Below, piece by piece: positions 9,734 to 20,569 of a stretch of 64,000 bases of DNA. A program made the translations under genes and the position numbers. Source of the DNA: Gemmatimonadaceae bacterium (GTDB lineage Bacteria > Gemmatimonadota > Gemmatimonadetes > Gemmatimonadales > Gemmatimonadaceae). Under the pieces are notes generated by a model. That model saw only the letters and a program-made list of their open reading frames with translations. It did not search any database and was not told the origin of the DNA. The DNA lies in assembly GCA_037721215.1 (NCBI GenBank), contig JBBJNV010000003.1, forward strand, positions 55,646 through 119,645, written 5' to 3'. Within the stretch, counting starts at the first letter, position 1. The number at the start of each line of letters is the position of its first letter.

Positions 9734-10627
9734 ATGGATGAACAGGTACCTATCAGCAGCGACGCGATCGCCGATACCGGCAAGGAAGAAGGCGTACGCG
9801 AAGTCACTCCGGACGTCGGCTATCAGCGGCATGCTGTCGTAAACAACGTCTACGTTGGTACGCCGGGCGATAGGTCCGGAGGTTGGGTTCTGGTCGACAC
9901 CGGAGTGATCGGATCGACAGGGAGAATCGAGTCCACGGCCGGGAAACGATTCGGGAAAGACATTCCCCCGGTTGCGATCATCCTGACGCACGGGCATTCA
10001 GATCATTCCGGAACGGTGGAGGCACTCGCCGAGAAGTGGGATGTTCCCATTTATGCCCATACTCTCGAGCTTCCCTATCTCGACGGCCGCGCTTCGTATC
10101 CGCCTCCAGATACAAGTCTCGGAGGAGGGATTATGCCGAAACTCTCTCCGATGTTCGGTACAGGGCCAATCGATGTGAGCCGATGGCTGCGGGTTTTGCC
10201 CGATGACGGCAGCGTGCCCGGGATGACAGGCTGGCGCTGGCTTCACACAGCGGGCCATACGCCTGGCCATATCTCGCTATGGAGGGAGAGCGACCGCACG
10301 CTGATCGCCGGCGATGCATTCATCACTACCAACATGGAGTCGGCCTACGCCGTGATAACCCAGAAGGAAGAATTGCATGGGCCGCCAACCCCCTTCACCA
10401 CTGACTGGCCCTCGGCCCGGCGATCTGTGGAGATGCTGGCGGCGCTGCAGCCCGAAGTGGTAATAACGGGCCATGGAAGGGCAATGAAAGGGCAGCTGAT
10501 GCGCGATGCGCTGAATACTCTGGCTGGTGACTTCGACCGGATCGCCATACCGGACAAGGGACGCTACATCCGTGAACCAGTGCGCGCCGACGAGACGGGG
10601 CCGACCTATATCCCGCCTGAGCAGTAA
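9734..10627 (+). CDS. MBL-fold metallohydrolase
   Basis: THGHSDH, GHTPGH, GDA, GHG. Confidence 0.92.
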   Translation: MDEQVPISSDAIADTGKEEGVREVTPDVGYQRHAVVNNVYVGTPGDRSGGWVLVDTGVIGSTGRIESTAGKRFGKDIPPVAIILTHGHSDHSGTVEALAEKWDVPIYAHTLELPYLDGRASYPPPDTSLGGGIMPKLSPMFGTGPIDVSRWLRVLPDDGSVPGMTGWRWLHTAGHTPGHISLWRESDRTLIAGDAFITTNMESAYAVITQKEELHGPPTPFTTDWPSARRSVEMLAALQPEVVITGHGRAMKGQLMRDALNTLAGDFDRIAIPDKGRYIREPVRADETGPTYIPPEQ

Positions 10628-10632
10628 GCCTG

Positions 10633-11094
10633 ATGACGATGCTCGACAAGCTTGCGATATGTGAAGGGAAATGGCGGGGCACAAGCAGTCTCCAGCTTGA
10701 CCCCGACTCCGGCAACCTCATCGACTCCCAATCTACCGCAGTCATAACCCGCATCGCGGGTGACAGGTTTGTCCGCATCGACTATACCTGGTCGCACGAC
10801 GACAAGCCGCACGATGGGTCGTACCTGATTGGATATATAAAGGAAACAGGGGAAGTGACCGCCCACTGGGTCGACAGCTTTCACATGGGCAGCAAGGTCA
10901 TGGCGTGCATTGGTACGGCAGATGATGCCGGCGTCCTGAGCCTGCTCGGATCGTACGAGGCGCCAACGGGACCCGACTGGGGATGGCGTACGATCATCAC
11001 GCCAGAGGCCGACAGTCTTCGAATAGTGATGAACAATATCTGGCCCGAGGGGCAGGAAGATCTCGCCGTCGACGCCAGATACGTGCGGGAATAG
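10633..11094 (+). CDS. DUF1579-like protein
   Basis: GKWRG, AHWVDSFHMG, WGWRTII; beta-rich small protein. Confidence 0.75.
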   Translation: MTMLDKLAICEGKWRGTSSLQLDPDSGNLIDSQSTAVITRIAGDRFVRIDYTWSHDDKPHDGSYLIGYIKETGEVTAHWVDSFHMGSKVMACIGTADDAGVLSLLGSYEAPTGPDWGWRTIITPEADSLRIVMNNIWPEGQEDLAVDARYVRE

Positions 11095-11125
11095 GCACCG
11101 TCACTGATCTGCCGGATTAACGTTC

Positions 11126-11488
11126 ATGCCGCCGAGTCCGCTGAATCGCCTGCGCAAGCTGAGTCTTGCACTGCCTGAGGCGCACGAGGTGGAAGCGTGG
11201 GGTGAGCCAACGTTTCGCGTTCGCAACAAGATGTTCGCAATGTATGCCGCCGCAGGCAATCATCATGGACAAGGGCGGCCGGGAGTGTGGTGCAACTCGA
11301 CGCAGGTCAACCAGGATCTGCTGATTAATTCGGAGCCTGACCGCTACTTCTCTCCGCCGTACGTAGGATGCAAGGGTTGGCTGGGCATCTGGCTCGATGA
11401 CAAGCCGGATTGGAGTGCGGTCGCGGACATTCTTGCCGACGCGTGGCGGCTCAGCGCACCGAAAAGACTTCAATTATCGAGGAAATAG
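11126..11488 (+). CDS. MmcQ/YjbR family protein
   Basis: AWGEPTFRVRNKMFA, RYFSPPYVGCKGW. Confidence 0.88.
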   Translation: MPPSPLNRLRKLSLALPEAHEVEAWGEPTFRVRNKMFAMYAAAGNHHGQGRPGVWCNSTQVNQDLLINSEPDRYFSPPYVGCKGWLGIWLDDKPDWSAVADILADAWRLSAPKRLQLSRK

Positions 11489-11490
11489 TG

Positions 11491-12468
11491 ATGCTCGAGC
11501 AACGGATCTATCGCGACGTCACTGAGACGGTCGGCAACACCCCGCTCATTCAGTTGAATCGACTCGGCGCGGGACTGCCGGCGAGAATCGTCGTCAAGCA
11601 TGAGGGATTCAATCCCTTCAATTCCGTCAAGGACCGCATCGGTGCTGCGATGATCGATGATGCGGTCGAGCGCGGCGATCTCCGGCCCGGCATGGTGATC
11701 GTGGAGCCGACAAGTGGAAACACGGGAATCGGAATCGCGTACGCGGCGACTGCGCGCGGCTTCAGGTGCATTTTTACGATGCCGGAAACCATGACTGTCG
11801 AACGGCGCAACATGCTGCGCGCCCTTGGTTGCCGAGTGGTTCTCACCGAAGGTCCGAAGGGAATGAAGGGCGCGATTGCGCGTGCAGAGGAAATTCACAA
11901 ACGCCTCGGTGATCGCGCCTGGATGCCGCGACAGTTCGACAATCCGTCGAATCCAGCGATTCACTACCGCACCACGGGACCCGAGATCTGGACGGCGACG
12001 GAGGGGAAGATCGATATCTTCGTCTCGGGTGTGGGTACTGGCGGCACCATTACCGGTGCGGGGCGTTACCTGCGCGAGAAAAAACCTGGTATCCAGATCG
12101 TCGCTGTAGAGCCCGACGAGAGTCCGGTGCTTTCGGGGGGTCAGCCGTCGCCGCACAAGCAGCAGGGAATCGGCGCGGGATTTGTGCCTGGAAATCTGGA
12201 TACGAGCATCTACGACGCAGTCATCCGCGTCACGAACGATCACGCGATCGGCATGGCGCGTCGACTTGCGCGCGAGGAGGCAATTCTCGCCGGTATTTCC
12301 TCGGGCTCGATCACCTGGGCCGCGTTGGCGATTGCGGCGCGGCCTGAGAACGAGGGTAAACTCATCGTCTCGATCATCTGCGACTTTGGCGAACGGTATC
12401 TGTCCAATCCTGTTTTTGCGGAACTGGGTGACCCTGATTTCGCCGATTTCGAGGCAGCATTCGCGTAG
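11491..12468 (+). CDS. cysK: Cysteine synthase A
   Basis: SVKDRIG PLP lysine, EPTSGNTG, QFDNPSN, GVGTGGT, QGIGAGF. Confidence 0.95.
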   Translation: MLEQRIYRDVTETVGNTPLIQLNRLGAGLPARIVVKHEGFNPFNSVKDRIGAAMIDDAVERGDLRPGMVIVEPTSGNTGIGIAYAATARGFRCIFTMPETMTVERRNMLRALGCRVVLTEGPKGMKGAIARAEEIHKRLGDRAWMPRQFDNPSNPAIHYRTTGPEIWTATEGKIDIFVSGVGTGGTITGAGRYLREKKPGIQIVAVEPDESPVLSGGQPSPHKQQGIGAGFVPGNLDTSIYDAVIRVTNDHAIGMARRLAREEAILAGISSGSITWAALAIAARPENEGKLIVSIICDFGERYLSNPVFAELGDPDFADFEAAFA

Positions 12469-12485
12469 CGCCGGGAAGCTAGCCG

Positions 12486-13322
12486 GTGCATCATCTGCCA
12501 GTTCTGTCGGCAACGCGTTACGTCCAGCCGCTTCGCGAGGGTGGCTCGCTGCCGGCAGTGGTGGATACCGACGGTGACGGGTTGTTCGTGGCTAAATTCC
12601 GCGGTGCTGGTCAGGGCGCCAAAGCGCTGATCGCCGAACTGGTTGCGGGGCTCCTGGCGCAGCAGGCTGGGTTACCATCTCCCGAGATTGTGCTCATCGA
12701 CGTCTCCGAGTCCTTCGGCCGCACGGAGCCGGATCCCGAGATCCAGGACTTGCTTCGCGCGAGCCACGGCATCAATGTCGGCGCGCGGTATCTCGACGGA
12801 TCCTTCAATTTCGATATGACCGCCGCAGGCGAGCTCGTGACTCGTGAACTCGCTGCGCGAATCGTATGGTTCGATGCGTTCGTCACGAACCCGGACAGAA
12901 CTCACCGAAATCCAAACCTGCTCATCTGGCAACGGAAGCCATGGCTGATAGACCACGGCGCAGCACTCTACGTTCAACACGACTGGGCGTCAGTGGATAA
13001 GGCACGCATCATGTCATCATTCCCGCTTATAAGGGACCATGTGCTGCTTGGCCAGAGCGGTGATATCGATGAAGCCGACGTAGCCATGACGGCGGCGATC
13101 ACCGAAGATCTCATCAGGCACGTAGTCGGTGCAGTACCGGATGAATTGTTGAGTGACGCGTCAGTACGTGCCGATTTCGACACTCCCGATGCCGCACGCG
13201 AGCGATACATCGGGTATCTCACCGCCAGGTTGCGCGGCCCGCGCGCATTTGTGAGCGAAGCCCGCGATGCTCAGAGTCGTGCTGCGGGAGCTCAGCCCCA
13301 CCGGCTGGGTGCCCGCCGATGA
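12486..13322 (+). CDS. HipA-like (PI3/4-kinase fold) kinase
   Basis: LREGGSLP, VAKFRG, TNPDRTHRNPNLL, IDHG. Confidence 0.85.
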   Translation: MHHLPVLSATRYVQPLREGGSLPAVVDTDGDGLFVAKFRGAGQGAKALIAELVAGLLAQQAGLPSPEIVLIDVSESFGRTEPDPEIQDLLRASHGINVGARYLDGSFNFDMTAAGELVTRELAARIVWFDAFVTNPDRTHRNPNLLIWQRKPWLIDHGAALYVQHDWASVDKARIMSSFPLIRDHVLLGQSGDIDEADVAMTAAITEDLIRHVVGAVPDELLSDASVRADFDTPDAARERYIGYLTARLRGPRAFVSEARDAQSRAAGAQPHRLGARR

Positions 13323-13747
13323 AGGCGAAGCACGGCATGGACTCGTCCAGTGATTCTCCCTGGATATCCTATAACTTCGCAGTGCTGCGGGTGGTACCGC
13401 ACGTTCATATCGGCGCTTTCGTTCCGGTGGGTGTCGCGCTGCATGCCAGGACCGCCGAGTTTCTCGGTATCCGCGTTGTGACTGATGCCGCGGAGCTGGC
13501 AGCGCGAGCGGTGGGTGTCGACGTCGCTCTGCTCATGCGTTACCTCCAATCGTGCCAGGCAATATGCGAGGGAGACATTTCCGCGGGACCGGTGGCTCTC
13601 GCTCCGCCATCCGAACGATTCCACTGGCTCACCGCGCCGCGGTCGGACGTGATTCAGAGCGGCCCGGTGCACGAGGGAGTCTGCAAAGATCCAGCAGCAA
13701 CGCTTCAGGCGCTGTACGAAAGCGTGGTGGGAAGCCCGGCGAGATAG
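13319..13747 (+). CDS. DUF3037 protein
   Basis: YNFAVLRVVP, ERFHWLTAPRSDVIQSGPVHEG; ATGA overlap with the kinase gene. Confidence 0.88.
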   Translation: MKAKHGMDSSSDSPWISYNFAVLRVVPHVHIGAFVPVGVALHARTAEFLGIRVVTDAAELAARAVGVDVALLMRYLQSCQAICEGDISAGPVALAPPSERFHWLTAPRSDVIQSGPVHEGVCKDPAATLQALYESVVGSPAR

Positions 13748-13764
13748 CACCCGAAGCCATTGCC

Positions 13765-14724
13765 TTACTGCCGGGGCTTTCTCCCGGATGTTGCCACACT
13801 GGAGTGGACCATCGTAACGAACTGGTCAGGCTTGATGAACCCTGTTCCCCACTTCGCATCATACTCCGCCGATGGCTTCGCGGCGACAATCTGCGCCAGA
13901 GTTCGTCCCTGAGTGACGAGCCGGGCTACGCGGTTGGTGACTGCCAGAACGACATCGCGGTAGCGCACGAGATCTTCCCGGGTCGCGAGCGGACCATGGC
14001 CTGGAATGATTTTCGTCCGGGGGCTGCTCATCGCCAAAGCAGCGTCGACCGCGGCAATCAAGCCTCTCGCCGATCCACCACTTGAAGCGTCGATGAATGG
14101 GTAAGTGCCATTAAAAAAAGTGTCGCCCATATGGATTACGTTCGCTTTCTGAAAGACAACGAGCGCGTCGCCATCGGTGTGAGCGTTCCGGACATGCACT
14201 GCCTTGACACTGTCATCGTTTACGTGGAAGGTGATCGACTCGGAGAATGTCACGATCGGGAGTGCGGCATTCGGAGATGGCGGCGTCTTTCGGTTGAATG
14301 CCGCGGTGAACTGTTCGGTGCTCATGCGGCGGCGCACATTTTGGTGAGCAACGATGATCGCGCCGGCGCCTCTCATATTCTCATTGCCCCCGGTATGGTC
14401 ACCGTGCCAGTGGGTGTTAAGTAAAAACCGCACCGGTTTCGTGGTCACTGTGGCGATTGCCGCCCTGATTTTGGGCGTAAGGGGCGCGAACTGATCGTCG
14501 ACCATGAACGCGTCGTCATTGCCGACGGATAGGCCGATGTTGCCCCCAGCCCCCTGCAGCATGTACACGCCGCCGGCAACGGGTGTGACTTTGATCACTG
14601 TCTGCGACAGGTCCTGCTGCGCAAACAGCGACGTCGCTCCCAAAGAGAATGCAGCGATAGCGGCAAGGGGAGCGGCTGTCTGCGGCCGGCTTGCCGACCT
14701 GCGGAAGAAGAATCGAGATATCAT
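13765..14724 (-). CDS. Secreted MBL-fold metallohydrolase (cyclase-like)
   Basis: GAGGNIG, THWHGDHTGGN, AHTDGD, HMGD, PGHG. Confidence 0.9.
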   Translation of the reverse strand: MISRFFFRRSASRPQTAAPLAAIAAFSLGATSLFAQQDLSQTVIKVTPVAGGVYMLQGAGGNIGLSVGNDDAFMVDDQFAPLTPKIRAAIATVTTKPVRFLLNTHWHGDHTGGNENMRGAGAIIVAHQNVRRRMSTEQFTAAFNRKTPPSPNAALPIVTFSESITFHVNDDSVKAVHVRNAHTDGDALVVFQKANVIHMGDTFFNGTYPFIDASSGGSARGLIAAVDAALAMSSPRTKIIPGHGPLATREDLVRYRDVVLAVTNRVARLVTQGRTLAQIVAAKPSAEYDAKWGTGFIKPDQFVTMVHSSVATSGRKPRQ

Positions 14725-14836
14725 CGTTTGATGGGTGTGAGATATGCGTTCAATCTGGCACCCACAGCGGGTTGCTGGCTACACATGTCCTGCCGTACGC
14801 CTCCAGCCGGTGCCAGGACATCAGGCCTTGCGACTT

Positions 14837-14854
14837 TATTTTAAGCATATAATA
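14837..14854 (+). promoter_or_regulatory. Palindromic operator overlapping a TATAAT -10 box (candidate MarR site)
   Basis: TATTTTAAGCATATAATA matches its reverse complement at 14/18 positions; TATAAT at 14848-14853, 35 nt before the operon ATG. Confidence 0.6.
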
Positions 14855-14888
14855 TCTGTGTAGCGTGTTCGGACGGGGGAGGCAGTGC

Positions 14889-17285
14889 ATGAAAGTGGTA
14901 ATCGTTGGCGGAGGGCCTGCCGGACTATACACTGCCCTGCTTCTCAAGCAGGCAGATCCGGCGCACGAGATCACTGTCTGCGAACGCAATCGGGCGGACG
15001 ATACGTTCGGGTGGGGAGTTGTTTTTTCCGACCAGACGCTCGAGAACTTCCGCGTTGCGGACGAGCCAACCTACCGCGCGATCATTGGCAATTTCGCCCG
15101 CTGGGATGATATCGACGTTGTCATTCACGGCCGCCGCATCACTTCCGGCGGGCATGGGTTCAGTGGCATCGCCCGAAAAAAGCTCCTCGAGATACTACAG
15201 CAGCGCGCCACTGCACTCGGCGTCGATATCCGCTACTCCGTCGACTTGCGCGACGATAGCGATCTCGTCCCGCTCGGACTGGGCGATGCCAGCGTCATTG
15301 TGGCCGCTGACGGAATCAACAGCGCTATTCGCAGAAAATACGCTGAACACTTCGAGCCTGACCTCGACGAGCGGACGGCGCGCTTCGTGTGGTTCGGCAC
15401 GACGTTTCCGTTCGACGCGTTCACATTCTACTTCGTCGTCAACGAGCATGGCGTGTTTCAGGCACACTGTTACCGGTTCGACGGCGGGCTTTCGACGTTC
15501 ATCGTCGAGTGCGATGAAAAGTCATGGAGGTCGGCCGGTTTCGACCGGATGGACACGACGCAGACAATCGCCGCCTGTGAATCAATGTTTCGAGAGCGGC
15601 TCGACGGTCATCCACTGCTCACCAATGCAGCTCACCTAAAAAATTCGCCGTGGGTGAATTTCGTGCGAGTGCGAAACAGCAACTGGTTTCACGACAACAT
15701 CGTGCTTATCGGCGACGCAGCCCATTCAGCGCATTTTTCCATCGGCTCCGGAACAAAGCTGGCGATGGAGGATGCGATCGCGCTTTCACGCGCGCTGTCC
15801 ACGTTTAACGATATTCCGGCCGCGTTTCAGTCATACCAGGATGAGCGGGGCACTGAAGCGCTGCGGCTTCAGAACGCGGCCCGGAATTCCATGGAATGGT
15901 TCGAGCACGTGAAACGATACGTCCATCTCGAGCCCGAGCAATTCACGTACAGCCTGCTCACCCGCAGCCAGCGTGTGAGCCACGAAAACCTGCGGCTTCG
16001 CGATGGAAGCTACGTGGAAGGTATGGAGCGATGGTTCTCGAGCCAGGCGGCAACGACGCTGGATCAACCCGTCACGAAGCCCGGGCTCGACCAGATCACG
16101 GAGAACACTGACAACACCCGGAACATGGGAACCGCGCCGAACGCCGAGTCGGTGACACCTCCGATGTTCACGCCCTTCCGCCTGCGCGACATGACACTTC
16201 AAAATCGCATTGTCGTCTCGCCGATGGACATGTACTCCGCCCGCGACGGAGTGCCAAACGATTTCCATCTGGTGCACCTCGGCGCACGGGGGCTCGGCGG
16301 CGCGGCGCTCATCATGACCGAGATGGTCTGCACGTCTCCTGAGGCGCGGATCACTCTCGGATGCACGGGGATGTACACGGAAGAGCATGTAGTGGCATGG
16401 CGCCGGATCGTAGACTTCGTCCATCAGTGGTCTGACGCGAAGATCTGCATTCAGCTGGGACATTCGGGGCGAAAGGGGTCTACCCGCCTGCCGTGGGAGG
16501 GGACTGACCTGCCGCTGCCGTCGGAGAACTGGGAGCGAATCGGGCCGTCGCCAGTGAACTACGGCCCGACACTTCCGCCTCCGCGGGAGATGACCCGCAG
16601 CGAGATGCAACGAGTGTGTGAAGAGTTCGTGCGCTCGACACGGATGGCTGAGGATGCGGGGTTCGACATGACCGAGCTGCACTGCGCGCATGGATATCTG
16701 CTCTCGAGCTTTCTGACACCGGTGAGCAATCGCCGGACGGACGAATACGGTGGTGCAGTCGAGAACAGGCTCCGCTTTCCGCTCGAGGTATTCACAGCCA
16801 CGCGCGCAGCGTGGCCCGAGGAGAAGCCGATGTCAGTACGTATTTCGGCAACAGACTGGGTGGACGACGGCGTGACCGCTGATGAATCAGTGGCTATCGC
16901 GCGTGCTTTCGGCGCGGCTGGCGCAGACATCATCCATGTTTCTACCGGACAGACCACGGCCGATGCAAAGCCCGTTTTTGGCCGCCTGTTTCAGACGCCC
17001 TATAGCGACCGAATTCGAAACGAAGCGGGGATGCCAACGATTGCCGTCGGAAACATCACCGACGCAGATCAGGCTAACGGGATCGTTGCTGCGGGCCGAG
17101 CTGATCTCGTTTCGATCGGACGGCCCCACCTGAGCGATCCTCACTGGACGCTGCACGCTGCGGCCCAGCAGGGTTTTGCGCGCGCTGCGTGGCCAATCCA
17201 GTATTACCAGGGACGCGTGCAGCTTGAACGGGAAGTACAAAGGGCAAAGGAGATCGCGGCAGCAACCAGCACGGGCAAGGTATGA
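14889..17285 (+). CDS. abmA: Bifunctional 2-aminobenzoyl-/salicylyl-CoA monooxygenase-reductase
   Basis: FAD monooxygenase half (GGGPAG, GDAAHSAHFSIGSGTKLA) fused to an old-yellow-enzyme half (LHCAHGYL, RRTDEYGG). Confidence 0.9.
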   Translation: MKVVIVGGGPAGLYTALLLKQADPAHEITVCERNRADDTFGWGVVFSDQTLENFRVADEPTYRAIIGNFARWDDIDVVIHGRRITSGGHGFSGIARKKLLEILQQRATALGVDIRYSVDLRDDSDLVPLGLGDASVIVAADGINSAIRRKYAEHFEPDLDERTARFVWFGTTFPFDAFTFYFVVNEHGVFQAHCYRFDGGLSTFIVECDEKSWRSAGFDRMDTTQTIAACESMFRERLDGHPLLTNAAHLKNSPWVNFVRVRNSNWFHDNIVLIGDAAHSAHFSIGSGTKLAMEDAIALSRALSTFNDIPAAFQSYQDERGTEALRLQNAARNSMEWFEHVKRYVHLEPEQFTYSLLTRSQRVSHENLRLRDGSYVEGMERWFSSQAATTLDQPVTKPGLDQITENTDNTRNMGTAPNAESVTPPMFTPFRLRDMTLQNRIVVSPMDMYSARDGVPNDFHLVHLGARGLGGAALIMTEMVCTSPEARITLGCTGMYTEEHVVAWRRIVDFVHQWSDAKICIQLGHSGRKGSTRLPWEGTDLPLPSENWERIGPSPVNYGPTLPPPREMTRSEMQRVCEEFVRSTRMAEDAGFDMTELHCAHGYLLSSFLTPVSNRRTDEYGGAVENRLRFPLEVFTATRAAWPEEKPMSVRISATDWVDDGVTADESVAIARAFGAAGADIIHVSTGQTTADAKPVFGRLFQTPYSDRIRNEAGMPTIAVGNITDADQANGIVAAGRADLVSIGRPHLSDPHWTLHAAAQQGFARAAWPIQYYQGRVQLEREVQRAKEIAAATSTGKV

Positions 17286-18079
17286 CAATGACCCATGTAG
17301 AGCGTTACCTCGACGGGCAACACGCAATTGTCACGGGTGGAAACCAGGGAATTGGTGCGGCCATTGCCGCGGCGCTCGCTTCGCGTGGAGCGACACTGAC
17401 GATAATGGCGCGATCGATGGCTACCCTCGAGCAACATGCCAGGGCGATTGGAAGTGAGCATGGTATCAAAGTGTCGGCGTTGCGGTGCGACGTCACCGAC
17501 GAAGATTCGGTAGCATCGGCATTCGACAAGGCAGTCGAAACCTCCGGCCCGGCGCACATACTTGTGAACAACGCCGGCGCTGCGGAGAGCGCCGTCTTCA
17601 GCGAGACATCGAGCGATATGTGGAACCGCATGCTGGCGGTGAACCTCACCGGCACCTTTGCGTGTTCAGCGAGAGTCTATCCCACGATGCTCGCGGCGAA
17701 AAGCGGCAGGATTGTGAACATCGCATCCACTGCCGGAATGAGGGGCTTCAAGACGATGACCGCGTATTGCGCCGCCAAGCACGGTGTGGTGGGGCTCACC
17801 CGCGCCCTCGCGCTTGAAGCGGCAAAACATGGAGTGACCGTCAACGCAGTATGTCCTGGATACACAGATACAGCAATTGCCGATCAGGGCATCCAGAATG
17901 TCATGCGCGCCCTTGGCAAGACTACTGACGAGGCGCGTGAAATACTTCTGCGGACCATACCTCGCGGGAAGATGGCGACACCTGAGGAGGTTGCCAGCGC
18001 CGTGAGCTGGCTGTGTTCGCCCTCCGCGGCAGCGGTCACGGGCATTTTGTTTCCGGTTGCAGGAGGTGAGGTGTGGTGA
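17282..18079 (+). CDS. SDR oxidoreductase (hydroxyacyl-CoA dehydrogenase-like)
   Basis: TGGNQGIG, NNAG, YCAAK. Confidence 0.92.
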   Translation: MTMTHVERYLDGQHAIVTGGNQGIGAAIAAALASRGATLTIMARSMATLEQHARAIGSEHGIKVSALRCDVTDEDSVASAFDKAVETSGPAHILVNNAGAAESAVFSETSSDMWNRMLAVNLTGTFACSARVYPTMLAAKSGRIVNIASTAGMRGFKTMTAYCAAKHGVVGLTRALALEAAKHGVTVNAVCPGYTDTAIADQGIQNVMRALGKTTDEAREILLRTIPRGKMATPEEVASAVSWLCSPSAAAVTGILFPVAGGEVW

Positions 18080-18573
18080 GAGCGGTGGAGACGCGAGAGC
18101 AACGTTCAGGGCAGGATTCGTTGCGGGCATGGCTTCGCCTTCTCACATGCACCAACATCGTCGAGCGGGAGGTGCGGGGGCGGCTGCGCGATGAGTTTGG
18201 CACCACGCTCCCTCGATTTGATGTCCTCGCGCAGCTCGACGCCGCCTCGCATGGTTCAACGCCCCGGCTCACCATGACAGAACTTTCGCGTCGTTTGATG
18301 GTGACGAACGGAAACCTCACATCTCTGGTGGAGCGGCTCGTTCAGGAGAAACTGGTTATCCGGACTTCATCGCCATCGGACCGGCGGACGCAATTCGTGC
18401 GACTGTCACCGAATGGGAAACGTGCCTTCGACGCCATGTTGCCGGCTCATCAGATGTGGATTGAATCGATGTTCGCCGGCCTGTCGGACAATGAACGCGC
18501 CCGTCTCTCCGACCTGCTTGGAAAACTCCGTGGGTCTCTGCACAACTCACTCGACGAGGAACGCCAGCGATGA
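18073..18573 (+). CDS. MarR family regulator
   Basis: [22 protein letters not shown]. Confidence 0.92.
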   Translation: MVRAVETREQRSGQDSLRAWLRLLTCTNIVEREVRGRLRDEFGTTLPRFDVLAQLDAASHGSTPRLTMTELSRRLMVTNGNLTSLVERLVQEKLVIRTSSPSDRRTQFVRLSPNGKRAFDAMLPAHQMWIESMFAGLSDNERARLSDLLGKLRGSLHNSLDEERQR

Positions 18574-19403
18574 GCAGCGCCTCGATGCCCCCAGTCTTGA
18601 CACCTCAACATTTCCGCTGGCACACGGCGGGCCGGGTGGCTGTAATCACCCTCGACCGGCCCGAACGAAAGAACCCACTGACACTCGAATCCTACCGCGA
18701 GCTGACCGACACATTCCTGATGCTCCAGGAGATAAGGGAAATCCGCGCCGTGGTAATTACCGGCGCGGGAGGCAATTTCTGCAGTGGCGGCGATGTACAT
18801 GACATCATCGGCCGCCTGGTGGATATGAAGAAAGCAGGTAACACGCGCGGGCTACTCGAGTTCACGCAAATGACTGGTGATCTGGTGAAGGCAATGCGTG
18901 CGTGTCCGCAGCCAATCGTTGCGGCGGTAGACGGAGTTTGCGTAGGAGCGGGCGCGATACTGGCAATGGCGAGCGATTTGCGCCTGGGTACGGCGCGCAG
19001 CAAGGTCGCGTTTTTGTTCGTCAGGGTGGGGCTGTCGGGTGCGGACATGGGGGCGTGCGCGATTCTGCCCCGCATTATTGGCCAGGGCCGCGCGAGCGAG
19101 CTGCTTTACCTTGGTCGTGTCATGGGTGGTGAAGAGGCAGAACGCTGGGGTTTCTACAACAGAGTCGCGATGCCGGAAACTCTCCTTGACGACGCAATTG
19201 CGCTTGCCACTTCGCTGGCCGAAGGACCCAGTGCCGCGCACGCGATGACGAAGAGCTGCCTCCACGAGGAATGGTCGATGGACATCGATGCGGCGATCGA
19301 CCACGAAGCGCGGATGCAGGCTCAATGCATGATGACCGACGACTTCGAGCGTGCCTATCGCGCATTTGTCGATAAACAGCCACCTGTGTTCGAGGGCAAT
19401 TGA
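18570..19403 (+). CDS. Enoyl-CoA hydratase family protein
   Basis: [30 protein letters not shown]. Confidence 0.92.
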   Translation: MSSASMPPVLTPQHFRWHTAGRVAVITLDRPERKNPLTLESYRELTDTFLMLQEIREIRAVVITGAGGNFCSGGDVHDIIGRLVDMKKAGNTRGLLEFTQMTGDLVKAMRACPQPIVAAVDGVCVGAGAILAMASDLRLGTARSKVAFLFVRVGLSGADMGACAILPRIIGQGRASELLYLGRVMGGEEAERWGFYNRVAMPETLLDDAIALATSLAEGPSAAHAMTKSCLHEEWSMDIDAAIDHEARMQAQCMMTDDFERAYRAFVDKQPPVFEGN

Positions 19404-20569
19404 TGGTCGAGTCCGATACACTCGACTGGCCCTTCTTTGACGACCAGCACCGCCGCTTCGCGAGTGATCTCCGGGAATGGGCCAGGCGCGAAATATCGCA
19501 GGAGCATCAGGATGCCGATGTAGATGAAACCTGCCACTCCCTGGTCAGGCAACTTGGCGATGCCGGCTGGTTGCGGTACGCAGTACCAGCAGCATACGGC
19601 GGCGCGACTGAAATACTCGACGTCCGCACGCTTTGCATTGCACGCGAAACGCTGGCAAGACTTTCCGGTCTGGCCGACTTCGCGTTCGCGATGCAGGCGC
19701 TGGGCGCCGGTCCGATATCTCTGTTCGGATCACCGGAGCTGAAGCAGCGCTATCTCCCGCCAGTCGCAAGAGGAGAATCGATTCCTGCATTTGCGATCTC
19801 CGAAGCCGATGCCGGCTCGGACGTGACCGCCATGACCACCACGGCCACACGCGATGGCAATCAGTATGTGATCGATGGAGAGAAAACGTGGATATCGAAT
19901 GGAGGCATTGCCGATCAATACGTCGTCTTCTGCAGGATATCCGGCGCAGATCGTGAATTCATCGCGCTCGTCGTCGAGCCATCCGATCCAGGTTTCAGTA
20001 TCGCCGCCCGAATCGACACCATTGCGCCGCATCCGCTGGCAACGATCCGGTTTGAAGCGTGCCGCATACCGGCGGCTCGCGTCGTGGGCCAGCCAGCCAA
20101 CGGGCTGAAGGTTGCACTTGGCACACTCGATGTCTTTCGCTCCACTGTCGGTGCCGCCGCGCTCGGCTTTGCACGCCGCGCGCTCGATGAAACCATGGCT
20201 CATTGTTCAACGCGGAAGGTTGCTGGTGGAGTACTCCAGGAGCTTCAGCTCACCCAGGCTCGTATCGCGAACATGTCGACCGCGATCGACGCCAGTGCGC
20301 TGCTGGTCTACCGGGCCGCATGGACGCGGGACAAAGGTGCACCGCGAACTACGCGTGAAGCATCGATGGCAAAGATGTATGCTACTGAGGCTGCGCAACG
20401 CGTGATCGACGATGCGGTTCAGCTCCTTGGCGGGCGGGGCGTTGTCGCGGGACACCCTGTGGAACGGCTGTATCGCGAGATTCGTGCGCTGCGCATTTAC
20501 GAAGGCACTACCGAGATTCAGCAACTCGTGATAGCGGGGCAGGTGATCAAGGCCTACCGGGATGGCTGA
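19403..20569 (+). CDS. Acyl-CoA dehydrogenase
   Basis: [30 protein letters not shown]. Confidence 0.93.
   Translation: MVESDTLDWPFFDDQHRRFASDLREWARREISQEHQDADVDETCHSLVRQLGDAGWLRYAVPAAYGGATEILDVRTLCIARETLARLSGLADFAFAMQALGAGPISLFGSPELKQRYLPPVARGESIPAFAISEADAGSDVTAMTTTATRDGNQYVIDGEKTWISNGGIADQYVVFCRISGADREFIALVVEPSDPGFSIAARIDTIAPHPLATIRFEACRIPAARVVGQPANGLKVALGTLDVFRSTVGAAALGFARRALDETMAHCSTRKVAGGVLQELQLTQARIANMSTAIDASALLVYRAAWTRDKGAPRTTREASMAKMYATEAAQRVIDDAVQLLGGRGVVAGHPVERLYREIRALRIYEGTTEIQQLVIAGQVIKAYRDG

Noticed and set aside
11470-12513. Long antisense ORFs (also 24774-25823, 31502-32425, 34503-35582, 49938-50717)
   Set aside because: They overlap well-supported genes, on the opposite strand or in another frame, as expected from high-GC codon bias, and carry no motifs.
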